A stretch of 63,159 nucleotides of DNA, filler included, from Acidimicrobiia bacterium (GTDB taxonomy: Bacteria > Actinomycetota > Acidimicrobiia > Spongiisociales > SHLN01): the NCBI GenBank assembly GCA_041619515.1. It is 2 parts of 2 records of this genome, joined end to end, with 100 filler letters (N's around TTAATTAATTAA, not from the genome) between each part and the next. Parts side by side here need not be neighbours in the genome. Positions count along the whole stretch, not along the records: positions 31,915 to 63,159 come from JBFKDW010000030.1; 1 more part is not named here. One strand, given 5' to 3'. Position numbers and translations under genes: made by a program. This document shows positions 35,676 through 44,312 of this stretch, piece after piece. Within the stretch, counting starts at the first letter, position 1; each line of letters begins with the position of its first letter. The notes below the pieces were generated by a model. That model was not told the origin of the DNA. It ran no database searches and saw only the letters and a list, made by a program, of their open reading frames with translations.

Positions 35676-35888
35676 GGGAGCGCAAGCAGTGACTGCCCCC
35701 CTGTCACGAGCCGCGAGCCCTCAGAGGGGACCGACAGGTCCTCGGGCATAGCAAAGCCACAGGCCCCCCCAATCGGCTTCGCTGCGCCCAACTCCTGAGA
35801 AGGCTGGTGGTACCGCACCGGCCTTCTCGGGATGGTTGCGTGGCCGCCGAGCCGACCTGCCGGCACCGGTGCTTTCCCATTTCTTCTT
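35676..35888 (+). ncRNA. Candidate structured non-coding RNA or cis-regulatory leader, family unassigned
   Basis: Nested helices 35793-35809:35816-35832 (17 bp), 35781-35787:35838-35844, 35773-35779:35849-35855 and closing 35676-35683:35869-35878, then a U-rich tail. Non-Watson-Crick pairs are G-U on the + strand. Confidence 0.5.
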
Positions 35889-35947
35889 CGGATTGCCGGA
35901 TTCGATGCCGATGTCAGTTGCCAGCCAGCCACGAGAATGCCTCCGGT

Positions 35948-37249
35948 ATGAAACGATTGTTCCTTCTTGGATGGGCGCTTGTCCTCGTCCTTGCAGCCTG
36001 TGCAGGTAGCAGGGAAGAGATCGCCAAGGAGTTCCTGCCCGCCATGGATCCAGCCCCGACGTCGACCACCGCGGTGCCGGCGGCTACGACATCGACCACG
36101 CTTCCGCAGGCGCTCGAAGACCAGGTGGCGCTGCTGGCGGAGTCGGTGCGGGAGATCCGGGGGCTGGACCTGACCGTGCCCTCGATCGAGTATCGCCCTC
36201 GCGCCGAGCTCGAGGCCCGCTATCACGAGCTGCGCTGGCTGCCCTCCATCGGCGACGGCCGCTTCGACTCGGCCTATCTTCGGATGCTGGGCGTGCTCGA
36301 GGACGGAAGCACGATCGCCGACCTCGTGAGCTTCTGCTCCATCCCGGGCTTGTACGATCCGGCGGCCCAGACTCTCATGCTCGACGAACAGCTCGATGAG
36401 CTGACCCCATTTGGCCGCCGCCACCTGGTGGGCGAGCTGACGACCGCCGCCACGGACGCCGCCTACGGCTGGTGGGATCTGATGGAGTCCCAGCAGGACC
36501 TCGGCAACGGCGAAGCTGCCGCCGCGGCGTGGGCGCTGGTGCAGGGCGACGCCTCCTTTCACGCGGGACAGTACGTCGAGCGCGAGCTCAGCGCGACGGA
36601 CCGATTCGCGATCCGGCTCGAGGAGATCGCCTGCCAGCAGGAACGGGTTGCCCCGCCCGGATTCGTGATGGCGCTGGAGGAGTACGGGCCCGAGGCGGGC
36701 CGTTGGTTCGTGGAGGATCTGATATCGAACGGCGGGCCCGCCGCCGTCGACGCCGCGTACTCGGACCCACCCGTCAGCACCGAGCAGATCTATCATCCGG
36801 CCCGTTTCGCCGCCCGCGAGGGGGCGATCGAGGTCGAGCTCCCGGAGCTCGCCGTCTCCGGGTTCTCCGAGATTGACAGCGGCACCTTCGGAGAGCGAAT
36901 CTTTCGTGCCCTGCTGTCGGAAGGAGTGACCTCCGCACAGGCGCTGCAGGCGGCGACCGGCTGGGGAGGCGACACGTACCGGGTGCTGTGGAACGGATCC
37001 GAGGTGGTCCTCGTGCTGGCTTTCGAGGGCGACGAGGCCCGCGACGCTCGTGAGCTCGCCGAAACCGTCGGGGGCTGGGCGAGCGCCTCGCTCCGGGTCG
37101 GGTCGGGCCGGCCGGACAACACCGGGCTGGCATTCGAAGGTGAAGAGTACGCGTTCGTGGCCCACGCCGATGAGGCGATGCTGCTCGTGTTGTCGAGCGA
37201 CGCAGCAGCCGGTCGGACGGTCCGAAACATGTTCTGGCCGAGGTGGTAG
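35948..37249 (+). CDS. Lipoprotein of a zincin-like (Hvo_1808-type) family with degenerate zinc-binding motif
   Basis: Lipobox LAAC; family motifs VREIRGL, GLYDP, PPVSTEQIYHP and AATGWGGD.Y. GELTTA stands where HExxH is expected. Confidence 0.7.
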   Translation: MKRLFLLGWALVLVLAACAGSREEIAKEFLPAMDPAPTSTTAVPAATTSTTLPQALEDQVALLAESVREIRGLDLTVPSIEYRPRAELEARYHELRWLPSIGDGRFDSAYLRMLGVLEDGSTIADLVSFCSIPGLYDPAAQTLMLDEQLDELTPFGRRHLVGELTTAATDAAYGWWDLMESQQDLGNGEAAAAAWALVQGDASFHAGQYVERELSATDRFAIRLEEIACQQERVAPPGFVMALEEYGPEAGRWFVEDLISNGGPAAVDAAYSDPPVSTEQIYHPARFAAREGAIEVELPELAVSGFSEIDSGTFGERIFRALLSEGVTSAQALQAATGWGGDTYRVLWNGSEVVLVLAFEGDEARDARELAETVGGWASASLRVGSGRPDNTGLAFEGEEYAFVAHADEAMLLVLSSDAAAGRTVRNMFWPRW

Positions 37250-37260
37250 GGCCCGGCCCG

Positions 37261-37596
37261 TCAAAGCCCGGATCGGGCTCGTCGTCTGGCCGCGGTCAGG
37301 ACCGAGCCGGCCGGCGGGGGAGTCCCGGTGGCAGCCATCTCCAACACCCAGCTGGCCCCCGGCAACGAGATGAAGTGGCCGGGGAGCAGCAGCCGGACTT
37401 CGGTAACCAGCCCGGCGCGGTCCAACCCGGCCACCCATAGTGCCTCCTTCATCCCGCGCCCGTGCACTGCCGACGCACGGAGCAGCAGCGATCGTCCCCC
37501 GGCGCGAGGACGAAGCCCGCGGCGTCGGTCTCGCCGGGTCACGGCGACCGTCAGGGGCGGCGAGCACCACGAAGACGCATGCAGGACGACGGCCAT
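37261..37596 (-). CDS. DUF192 domain-containing protein
   Basis: VA.TRR.RRRGL, SAVHGRGM...L.VA.LD..G.V and A.WVLEM resemble DUF192. Confidence 0.6.
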   Translation of the reverse strand: MAVVLHASSWCSPPLTVAVTRRDRRRGLRPRAGGRSLLLRASAVHGRGMKEALWVAGLDRAGLVTEVRLLLPGHFISLPGASWVLEMAATGTPPPAGSVLTAARRRARSGL

Positions 37597-37665
37597 CCCG
37601 GCACCGTATCCGGGCGAGCGCCGCCCGGGAAGGGCTCCGCGCGCCAGAGTGCGTATGCTCCCGCC

Positions 37666-38511
37666 ATGGCCGGCATGCTCGTTCTGTGCGCCACCCCGAT
37701 TGGCAACCTGGCCGACGTATCTCTCAGGCTGCGCGAGACGCTTGCCTCAGCCGACATCGTCTACTGCGAAGACACGCGGCGGAGCGCCAAGCTGATCTCC
37801 TCTCTCGGGCTCAAAGTGCCACTCCGCAGCTACTTCGTTGCCAACGAGGCCAGCCGCTCCGTTGAGTTGGGCGGCTATCTGGAGCGGGGAGCGACGGTGG
37901 CGCTCATTACAGACGCCGGCACGCCGGCGGTGGCCGATCCGGGCTTGACCGCCGTCCGGGTCGCGGTCGAGGTGGGAGCCCAGGTGACGATCGTCCCCGG
38001 TCCGAGCGCCGTCACGGCCGCGGTCGCAGTGGCGGGGCTTCCGGCGGAGCGCTTCGTGTTCGAGGGCTTCTTGCCGCGTAAGAAGGAACTCCGCCGGGCC
38101 CGGCTCGAAGACTTGGCGCATGAGCCGCGAACCATGGTGTTCTTCGTGGCGGCTGCCCGGGCGGGAACGGAGCTCGCCGCCCTCGCCGAGGCCCTGGGCG
38201 ACGATCGGCCGGCGGTTGTGGTCCGGGAGCTGACCAAGTTGCACGAGGACGTGCGGCGCGGAACCCTGTCCGAGGCGGCCGCTCACTACCGTGAACGGCC
38301 GCCAAAAGGAGAGTTGACGGTCGTGGTCGGCGGGGCTCCGATCCTCCCGGGTGACATGGAAGCCGCCGTGGCCTCGGTGGAACGGCTGATCGGAGAGGGG
38401 GAGCTGTTCAGTGAAGCGGTGAAACGAGCGGCCGACGCCCATTCGGTTCGCCGCCGGCTCCTGTACGAAGCAGCTCTCCCCCGGTCCGATTCGGCTGAAG
38501 ACCCCGGTTAG
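37666..38511 (+). CDS. rsmI: 16S rRNA (cytidine-1402-2'-O)-methyltransferase
   Basis: ATPIGNL.D, CEDTR, TDAGTPAVADPG, FEGFLP and RELTKLHE. TATGCT lies 6 nt before the ATG. Confidence 0.95.
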   Translation: MAGMLVLCATPIGNLADVSLRLRETLASADIVYCEDTRRSAKLISSLGLKVPLRSYFVANEASRSVELGGYLERGATVALITDAGTPAVADPGLTAVRVAVEVGAQVTIVPGPSAVTAAVAVAGLPAERFVFEGFLPRKKELRRARLEDLAHEPRTMVFFVAAARAGTELAALAEALGDDRPAVVVRELTKLHEDVRRGTLSEAAAHYRERPPKGELTVVVGGAPILPGDMEAAVASVERLIGEGELFSEAVKRAADAHSVRRRLLYEAALPRSDSAEDPG

Positions 38512-38753
38512 ACGCTGCTCTCCTGCAATTCCGAGCTGCAATTGGGACAGATTCCCTTGCCGTGGAAGGCTCTAATCCCTTCAGTTGCACCGCAGAACGT
38601 GCAGGTTGCTTCCAGTTTCCGGAGGCTGATGTTCTCGCCATCTACCCAGATTGTCAGCTGGTCTCCTTCACGAATGTTGAAGAGCCTGCGCGTCTCTGCG
38701 GGGATCACAATTCTCCCCAAGTCATCCATCTTGCGGACGATACCGGTGTCCAT
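38508..38753 (-). CDS. abrB: AbrB-like transcription regulator with C-terminal CxxC...CxxC
   Basis: TGIVRKMDDLGRIVIP.E.RR...I.EGD.L.I.VDGE.I.LRK, then CTFCG...GKGICPNC; AGAGAGG RBS. Confidence 0.88.
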   Translation of the reverse strand: MDTGIVRKMDDLGRIVIPAETRRLFNIREGDQLTIWVDGENISLRKLEATCTFCGATEGIRAFHGKGICPNCSSELQESSV

Positions 38754-38893
38754 TTGTACCTCTCTTGCCGTTGGCCCCCCATATTTAGCTAGCTTACCGT
38801 GCCGGTAGCCGCGCTGGGCGGTGACATCCACCGCAGCTGATCCCGTCACACCTCTTGCCCGGAGCACACCATCACTAGCCTCAGCGCCACGCC

Positions 38894-40411
38894 ATGTATA
38901 TCACGACGCCGATCTATTACGTGAACGATTCGCCCCACATCGGTCACGCCTACACCACCCTGGTTGGTGACGCCCTGGCCCGCTTCTACCGGCTGGCGGG
39001 AGAGGGTGCCTGGTATCTGACCGGCACCGACGAACACGGGCTGAAGGTTGCCCGGGCGGCAGTCGAGGCAGGCCTGAGCCCGCAAGAGCTGGTGGATCAG
39101 GTGAGCACCCGCTATCGGGAGGCGTGGTCACTGCTGGAGATCTCCAACGACGACTTCATCCGCACGACCGAGCCGCGGCACAAGCTCGGGGCCCAGGCGT
39201 TCCTGCAGGCGCTGTACGACAGTGGTGACATCTATCAGGCCCGATACGAGGGTCTCTACTGCGTATCGTGCGAGGACTACTACAAGGAGGAGGACCTTCT
39301 GGAGGGAGGGCTGTGCCCGATTCACAGCCGTCCGGTCGAGCACTTCAGCGAAGACAACTACTTCTTTCGCCTTTCCAAGTACGGGGATGCGCTTCTCGAC
39401 CACATCGAGGCCCATCCCGGGTTCGTCTATCCCCGCGGGCGGCGCAACGAGGTGGTCGGCTTCATCAAGCAGGGCCTCGAAGACTTCTCGATCAGCCGGG
39501 CCTCGCTGAAATGGGGAATTCCGATTCCCTGGGACGAGGAGCAAGTCACCTACGTATGGGTCGAGGCGCTCATGAACTACGTCACCGCCATCGGATACGG
39601 GGAGGATGACGGGCTCTTCAATGCGTGGTGGCCGGCCGTGCATCTCGTTGGGAAGGACATCCTCCGGTTTCACGCCATCATCTGGCCGGCCATGCTGATG
39701 GCTGCCGGGCTCGAGCCGCCCCGCCAGATCGCCGCCCATGGCTGGCTGCTCGTGGGTGGGGCGAAGATGTCGAAGACGGCCCTCAATCAGATCACCCCTG
39801 CCCAGCTGGTCGAGACCTTCGGCGTAGACGGATATCGGTATCACTTCTTGCGGGACGTCTCCTTCGGCCCCGATGGCAATTTCTCGTGGGAGGGCATGGT
39901 CGATCGCCACAACGCCGACCTGGCCAACGCCCTCGGCAACCTCGCCAGCCGGGTTCTCCACATGGTCGAGCGATATCGCGACGGTCGGGTACCGGCCGTC
40001 GAAGGCACTGAGGAGGCCGATCGAAACTTGCGGGCAGCAGCAGGAGCTGCGCTCGAGTCGCTCGGTGCCTTCCGAGAGTACGGCTTCAGTGATGCTCTGG
40101 TCGGGATCTGGCGGCTGTTCGCCGCCGCCAACGCCTACGTGGAGGTCAACGCGCCGTGGTCCCTGGCGAAGGATGAGGAGCAGGCGGGCCGGCTGGACGA
40201 AGTGCTCAACGGACTGCTCGAGGCTCTCCGGGTGGGCGCAATCCTCATCTCCCCGGCGATGCCGGACACGGCCAGGAGGCTGTGGGGGCACCTTGGCCTG
40301 GACGGGTCGCCCGAGACTCCTCCCTATACGACCACCGCCGTCTTCGGGGTCTTTCCGGAGGTCACGGTCAGCCGCGGTGAGCCGTTGTTCCCGCGTATCG
40401 AAGAGAGCTGA
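38894..40411 (+). CDS. metG: Methionine--tRNA ligase
   Basis: YITTPIYYVN, PHIGH, TGTDEHG, GKDILRFH and KMSKT. Confidence 0.97.
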   Translation: MYITTPIYYVNDSPHIGHAYTTLVGDALARFYRLAGEGAWYLTGTDEHGLKVARAAVEAGLSPQELVDQVSTRYREAWSLLEISNDDFIRTTEPRHKLGAQAFLQALYDSGDIYQARYEGLYCVSCEDYYKEEDLLEGGLCPIHSRPVEHFSEDNYFFRLSKYGDALLDHIEAHPGFVYPRGRRNEVVGFIKQGLEDFSISRASLKWGIPIPWDEEQVTYVWVEALMNYVTAIGYGEDDGLFNAWWPAVHLVGKDILRFHAIIWPAMLMAAGLEPPRQIAAHGWLLVGGAKMSKTALNQITPAQLVETFGVDGYRYHFLRDVSFGPDGNFSWEGMVDRHNADLANALGNLASRVLHMVERYRDGRVPAVEGTEEADRNLRAAAGAALESLGAFREYGFSDALVGIWRLFAAANAYVEVNAPWSLAKDEEQAGRLDEVLNGLLEALRVGAILISPAMPDTARRLWGHLGLDGSPETPPYTTTAVFGVFPEVTVSRGEPLFPRIEES

Positions 40412-40421
40412 GGATCCGGCT

Positions 40422-41168
40422 GTGTGGGTTGACACCCACTGCCATCTGCAGCTGGCGGAGGCCGGGCCGCGCGAGTCTATGGAACGTGCCTCGGCCGCCG
40501 GGGTCGGCTGGGTGATGGTCCCGGGTGTCGATGCCGAATCCTCCGCCGCCGGGCGCGACCTGGCGGCCAACGACCGACGTCTGAAATGGGCGGCCGGCCT
40601 GCATCCGCACGACGCAGCCTCCTGGCCAGAACAGGCCGACCGAATCGCACAGCTCGCAGGGCAGGCCGATGCGGTTGGCGAGATTGGGCTCGACTTCTAC
40701 CGCGCCCTGTCACCCCGCAGTGTCCAGATCGAAGCCTTCCGAGCCCAGATCGACCTGGCTGAGTCGGTCGACCTTCCCATCATCGTCCATTGCCGGGACG
40801 CCTTCGGCGACCTCTTCGAGATCCTGCAGGAGACCGCAGCCGGGCCCCGGACGGTTCTCCACTGCTGGACGGCCGGGCCCCGCTGGACCAAGCGCTTTCG
40901 GGACCTCGGGGCCACCTTTTCGTACGCCGGCCCGCTGGCGTTCGAGAACGGCGACACCATCAGAAGGGGAGCAGAACATGCTCCGCCGGGTCGGACGGTG
41001 GTCGAGACCGACACGCCGCTGCTAACGCCGCCGCCGTTCCGGCACGAGGAGAACCAGCCGGCGCATGTGGTGCTCGTCGGACATGCCCTCGCCGAGGTGT
41101 GGGGCGTGGGGGTCGACGAGGTTGAACGCCTCACGACTGCGGCAGCCGAACGGGTCTTCGGTGGCTGA
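40422..41168 (+). CDS. tatD: TatD family hydrolase
   Basis: DTHCHL, GLHPH, VGEIGLDFY, HCRDA, LHCW and VETDTP.L.P. Confidence 0.93.
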   Translation: MWVDTHCHLQLAEAGPRESMERASAAGVGWVMVPGVDAESSAAGRDLAANDRRLKWAAGLHPHDAASWPEQADRIAQLAGQADAVGEIGLDFYRALSPRSVQIEAFRAQIDLAESVDLPIIVHCRDAFGDLFEILQETAAGPRTVLHCWTAGPRWTKRFRDLGATFSYAGPLAFENGDTIRRGAEHAPPGRTVVETDTPLLTPPPFRHEENQPAHVVLVGHALAEVWGVGVDEVERLTTAAAERVFGG

Positions 41169-41970
41169 CGGGGCGCAAGGCAAAGCCGAGGTCATCGGCT
41201 TGCTGCGGCGCCACGGTGTCACACCCATCCGGCGGCTCGGCCAGAACTTCCTGGTCGATCCCAACATCATTCGCAAGATCGTGGATTTGGCGGCGGTCGG
41301 GCCGTCCGACCACGTTCTGGAGGTCGGCGCCGGGACGGGCACCCTCACCCGAGCCCTGGCGGCGACCGGTGCCAATGTCCTCGCCTACGAGATCGACACG
41401 CGGCTCGGACCGGTGTTGGACGAGGTACTGGCCGGTCTCGGCAACGTCGAGGTTCGTTTCTCCGACGCAGCCGGGTTTGCGGTCACGGGAGGGCCCTGGA
41501 CGGTCGTCGCCAATCTGCCGTACTACCTCTCCACCACCCTGGTGCTCGATTGGCTGCAAACGGGCTCACAACCGGGACGGCTCGTCGTCATGGTGCAGCG
41601 TGAGGTGGCCGACCGGCTCACGGCCGGACCCGGCTCGCGCGTCTACGGGATCCCCAGTGTGATAGCCGGGCTCTATGCCACCGCCAACATCGCGTTTCGG
41701 GTGCCGCCGACCGTCTTCTACCCGCGGCCCGAGGTCGAATCCGCCGTGGTCGACATCGTTCGCCGGCCTGCGCCGTCCCACGCCGGGACGGCCGCCAGGC
41801 TGGCCGCGGCGGCGTTCGGCCAACGCCGCAAGATGCTGCGTCGATCGCTGGCAGAGCCGCTGGTGGAGGCCGAGGCGATGTTGGGCGCCGCCGGAATCGA
41901 CCCGCAGGCTCGCCCCGAAGACCTGGCGATAAGCGACTTCCTAGCCCTCGCCGAGGTGGTCGATGGCTGA
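41161..41970 (+). CDS. rsmA: 16S rRNA adenine dimethyltransferase RsmA/KsgA
   Basis: LGQNFLVD, VLEVGAGTGTLT, VANLPY, VMVQREVA and FGQRRKMLR. Confidence 0.95.
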   Translation: MADGAQGKAEVIGLLRRHGVTPIRRLGQNFLVDPNIIRKIVDLAAVGPSDHVLEVGAGTGTLTRALAATGANVLAYEIDTRLGPVLDEVLAGLGNVEVRFSDAAGFAVTGGPWTVVANLPYYLSTTLVLDWLQTGSQPGRLVVMVQREVADRLTAGPGSRVYGIPSVIAGLYATANIAFRVPPTVFYPRPEVESAVVDIVRRPAPSHAGTAARLAAAAFGQRRKMLRRSLAEPLVEAEAMLGAAGIDPQARPEDLAISDFLALAEVVDG

Positions 41971-42847
41971 GCTGGCCGCCGAGGCATTCGCCAAGGTCAA
42001 TTTCGGCCTCACGGTCTCCAGCCGTGGCTCCGATGGGTACCACCCGGTGGTTTCCCTCGTCCAGTCGGTTTCGTGGTCCGACCGAATCGAGCTGGTGCAG
42101 GCAGGCGAGGATCGATTGGTGGTCGAGGGAATGCATCGGTCCGAGGACAATCTGGCGTGGCGGGCGCTCCAGGCAGTCAGATCCGCCGCCGGCTCTTCGG
42201 CTCCGATGAGCTTGACGCTCAAGAAGAGCATCGCGGTTGCAGCCGGTCTCGGGGGCGGAAGCGCCGACGCCGCAGCCACCCTGGCGCTGGCGGCCGGCGT
42301 CTGCGGGGTGGCGGCCGACCAGTTGCCGGGCCTGGCGCTCCAACTCGGCGCCGACGTGCCGTTTTGCCTGACAGGGGGGCTTGCGCTGCTCGAAGGCCGG
42401 GGCGAACGGGTCGGCGCTTTGCCGCCCTCCGAGCCTTTTGCCATCGGCATCGTGGTCCCGGATGTCGAGCTCTCCACGGCATCGGTCTACCGGCAGTGGG
42501 ATCAGATGGGTGAACCACAGGGCCGGGGGTTTCCGACTGCGGCGCTTCCGCCCGGGCTGCGGGGATACGATCCGCTTCGCAACGACCTGCAGCCGGCAGC
42601 CGAGGCATTGGCGCCGCAGCTTGCCGATTGGCGAGCCGACCTCGCAGCCCGCTGGGGCAGGCCGGTGACGATGACGGGAAGCGGCCCGGCCCTGTTTGGG
42701 TTCTTCGTCGACGCGGACGAAGCCCACGCAGCGGTGGCCGATCGCCCGGGTCGGGCCCGGGCCGCCCGGGCAGTGAGCCCGGTGCCGCGGGGGTGGCGCA
42801 AGGTCACAGGTACACTGACGGACCCCGAGCAATGGGGGGTGGTGTAA
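41963..42847 (+). CDS. ispE: 4-(cytidine 5'-diphospho)-2-C-methyl-D-erythritol kinase
   Basis: AKVNFGL, DGYH, AAGLGGGSADAA, LGADVPF, NDLQ and MTGSGP. Confidence 0.94.
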   Translation: MAELAAEAFAKVNFGLTVSSRGSDGYHPVVSLVQSVSWSDRIELVQAGEDRLVVEGMHRSEDNLAWRALQAVRSAAGSSAPMSLTLKKSIAVAAGLGGGSADAAATLALAAGVCGVAADQLPGLALQLGADVPFCLTGGLALLEGRGERVGALPPSEPFAIGIVVPDVELSTASVYRQWDQMGEPQGRGFPTAALPPGLRGYDPLRNDLQPAAEALAPQLADWRADLAARWGRPVTMTGSGPALFGFFVDADEAHAAVADRPGRARAARAVSPVPRGWRKVTGTLTDPEQWGVV

Positions 42848-42907
42848 CTGGCAGCACACGTGGTTTTGGTCCACGCAGTACGGGTTCGATTCCTGTCCCC
42901 CCAGCCA
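42833..42907 (+). tRNA. tRNA-Gln(TTG), CCA encoded
   Basis: Acceptor TGGGGGG/CCCCCCA, anticodon arm CGTGG-TTTTGGT-CCACG, T arm ACGGG-TTCGATT-CCTGT and 3' GCCA. Confidence 0.96.
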
Positions 42908-42929
42908 GGTTGAGGAGAAGGAGAAGACA

Positions 42930-44312
42930 GTGAGCGTCCGCGTCATCGTGCTGGCTGCTGGGCAGGGCACGCGGATGAAGTCGACCCTGCCGAAAGTCCT
43001 GCACCCTGTTGCAGGTGCTCCGCTCGTCACCTGGGTTGTGGCCGCCGCCGAGGGGTCGAACCCGGACGAGACGCTCGTGGTGGTCGGCTATGGGGCTGCT
43101 GAGGTGGCGGCGGCCCTCCCCGAGGGGGTGAGAACCGTGGTCCAGGAGGAGCAGAGAGGGACCGGCCACGCGGTACTCGTCGCCTTGCAGGCCCTCGGCG
43201 ACGTTTCCGACGACATCATCGTCGTTGTCCCCGGCGACAGCCCCCTCATGACGGCCGAAACACTGGGCCGGTTGGTTGCCGTCCATCGGGAGGCTGCACC
43301 GGCCATCACCCTGCTCACCACCCACATGCCCGACCCGACCGGCTATGGGCGCGTCATCCGGGACGATGCCGGGGCCATTGTCGAGATCGTTGAGGAGCGA
43401 GACGCCGACGAAGAACAACGACGCATCGACGAGGTCGCCGTGTCGACGTACGCGTTCGACGGTGCTGCCCTCGAGGGGGCGCTCGGGGAGGTCGGGACCG
43501 GCAACGATCAGGGCGAGGTGTACCTGACCGACGTCGTCGGAATTCTGGCGGCCGCAAGCGCTCCGATTGCCTCGGTGACGGCGCCCGCCGGCGAGGTGGT
43601 CGGTGTCAACAGTCACGATCAGCTGGCCGCTGCCGCCCGGGCCCTGCGCGCCCGCCTCAATCAGCGCTGGATGCACGAAGGGGTTGCGATGATCGATCCA
43701 GAGCGCGTCTACCTGGATGCGACCGTGCAGCTGTCTGCAGGTGCGGTGCTGCTACCCGATGTGCATCTGCGCGGCTCTACCTCGGTGGCGGCCGGCGCCC
43801 AGGTGGGCCCGTCGGTCTACGCCGAAGACAGCCACATCGCCGCCGGCGCCCGGGTTTGGTATTCGGTGCTGCGGGGCTCCCACGTGGGTGAGTCGGCCGA
43901 GGTTGGGCCGTTCGCCAGCTTGCGCCCCGGTACCGTCCTGGAGCCCGAGTCGAAGGCGGGCACCTTCGTCGAGACCAAGAACACCACGATCGGCCGCCGC
44001 AGCAAGGTCCCTCACCTCAGCTACATGGGCGATGCCACCATCGGAGAACAGAGCAACATCGGCGCCGGCACGATCACCTGCAACTACGACGGCTTCGAAA
44101 AACATGCCACCACGATCGGTGATCGGGTGCAGATCGGGTCCGACACCATGCTGGTGGCGCCCCTGGAGGTGGGCGACGACGCCTGGACCGCAGCCGGATC
44201 GACGATTACCCGGGATATTCCTCCCGGTGCGCTGGGCGTCGAGCGTTCGGTCCAGAAAGAGATACCCGACTACGCTGCCAGACGGAAGGCGAAGAGGCAT
44301 TTGAGCGAATGA
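42930..44312 (+). CDS. glmU: Bifunctional UDP-GlcNAc pyrophosphorylase/glucosamine-1-phosphate acetyltransferase
   Basis: LAAGQGTRMKS, GYGRVIR, HLSYMGDA, GAGTITCNYDG and hexapeptide repeats. Confidence 0.96.
   Translation: MSVRVIVLAAGQGTRMKSTLPKVLHPVAGAPLVTWVVAAAEGSNPDETLVVVGYGAAEVAAALPEGVRTVVQEEQRGTGHAVLVALQALGDVSDDIIVVVPGDSPLMTAETLGRLVAVHREAAPAITLLTTHMPDPTGYGRVIRDDAGAIVEIVEERDADEEQRRIDEVAVSTYAFDGAALEGALGEVGTGNDQGEVYLTDVVGILAAASAPIASVTAPAGEVVGVNSHDQLAAAARALRARLNQRWMHEGVAMIDPERVYLDATVQLSAGAVLLPDVHLRGSTSVAAGAQVGPSVYAEDSHIAAGARVWYSVLRGSHVGESAEVGPFASLRPGTVLEPESKAGTFVETKNTTIGRRSKVPHLSYMGDATIGEQSNIGAGTITCNYDGFEKHATTIGDRVQIGSDTMLVAPLEVGDDAWTAAGSTITRDIPPGALGVERSVQKEIPDYAARRKAKRHLSE

Noticed and set aside
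35676..35888. Naming the structured element a cobalamin or c-di-GMP-I riboswitch
   Set aside because: Only fragments match; the full B12 box/T-loop and the canonical GEMM-I core were not found. Left unassigned.
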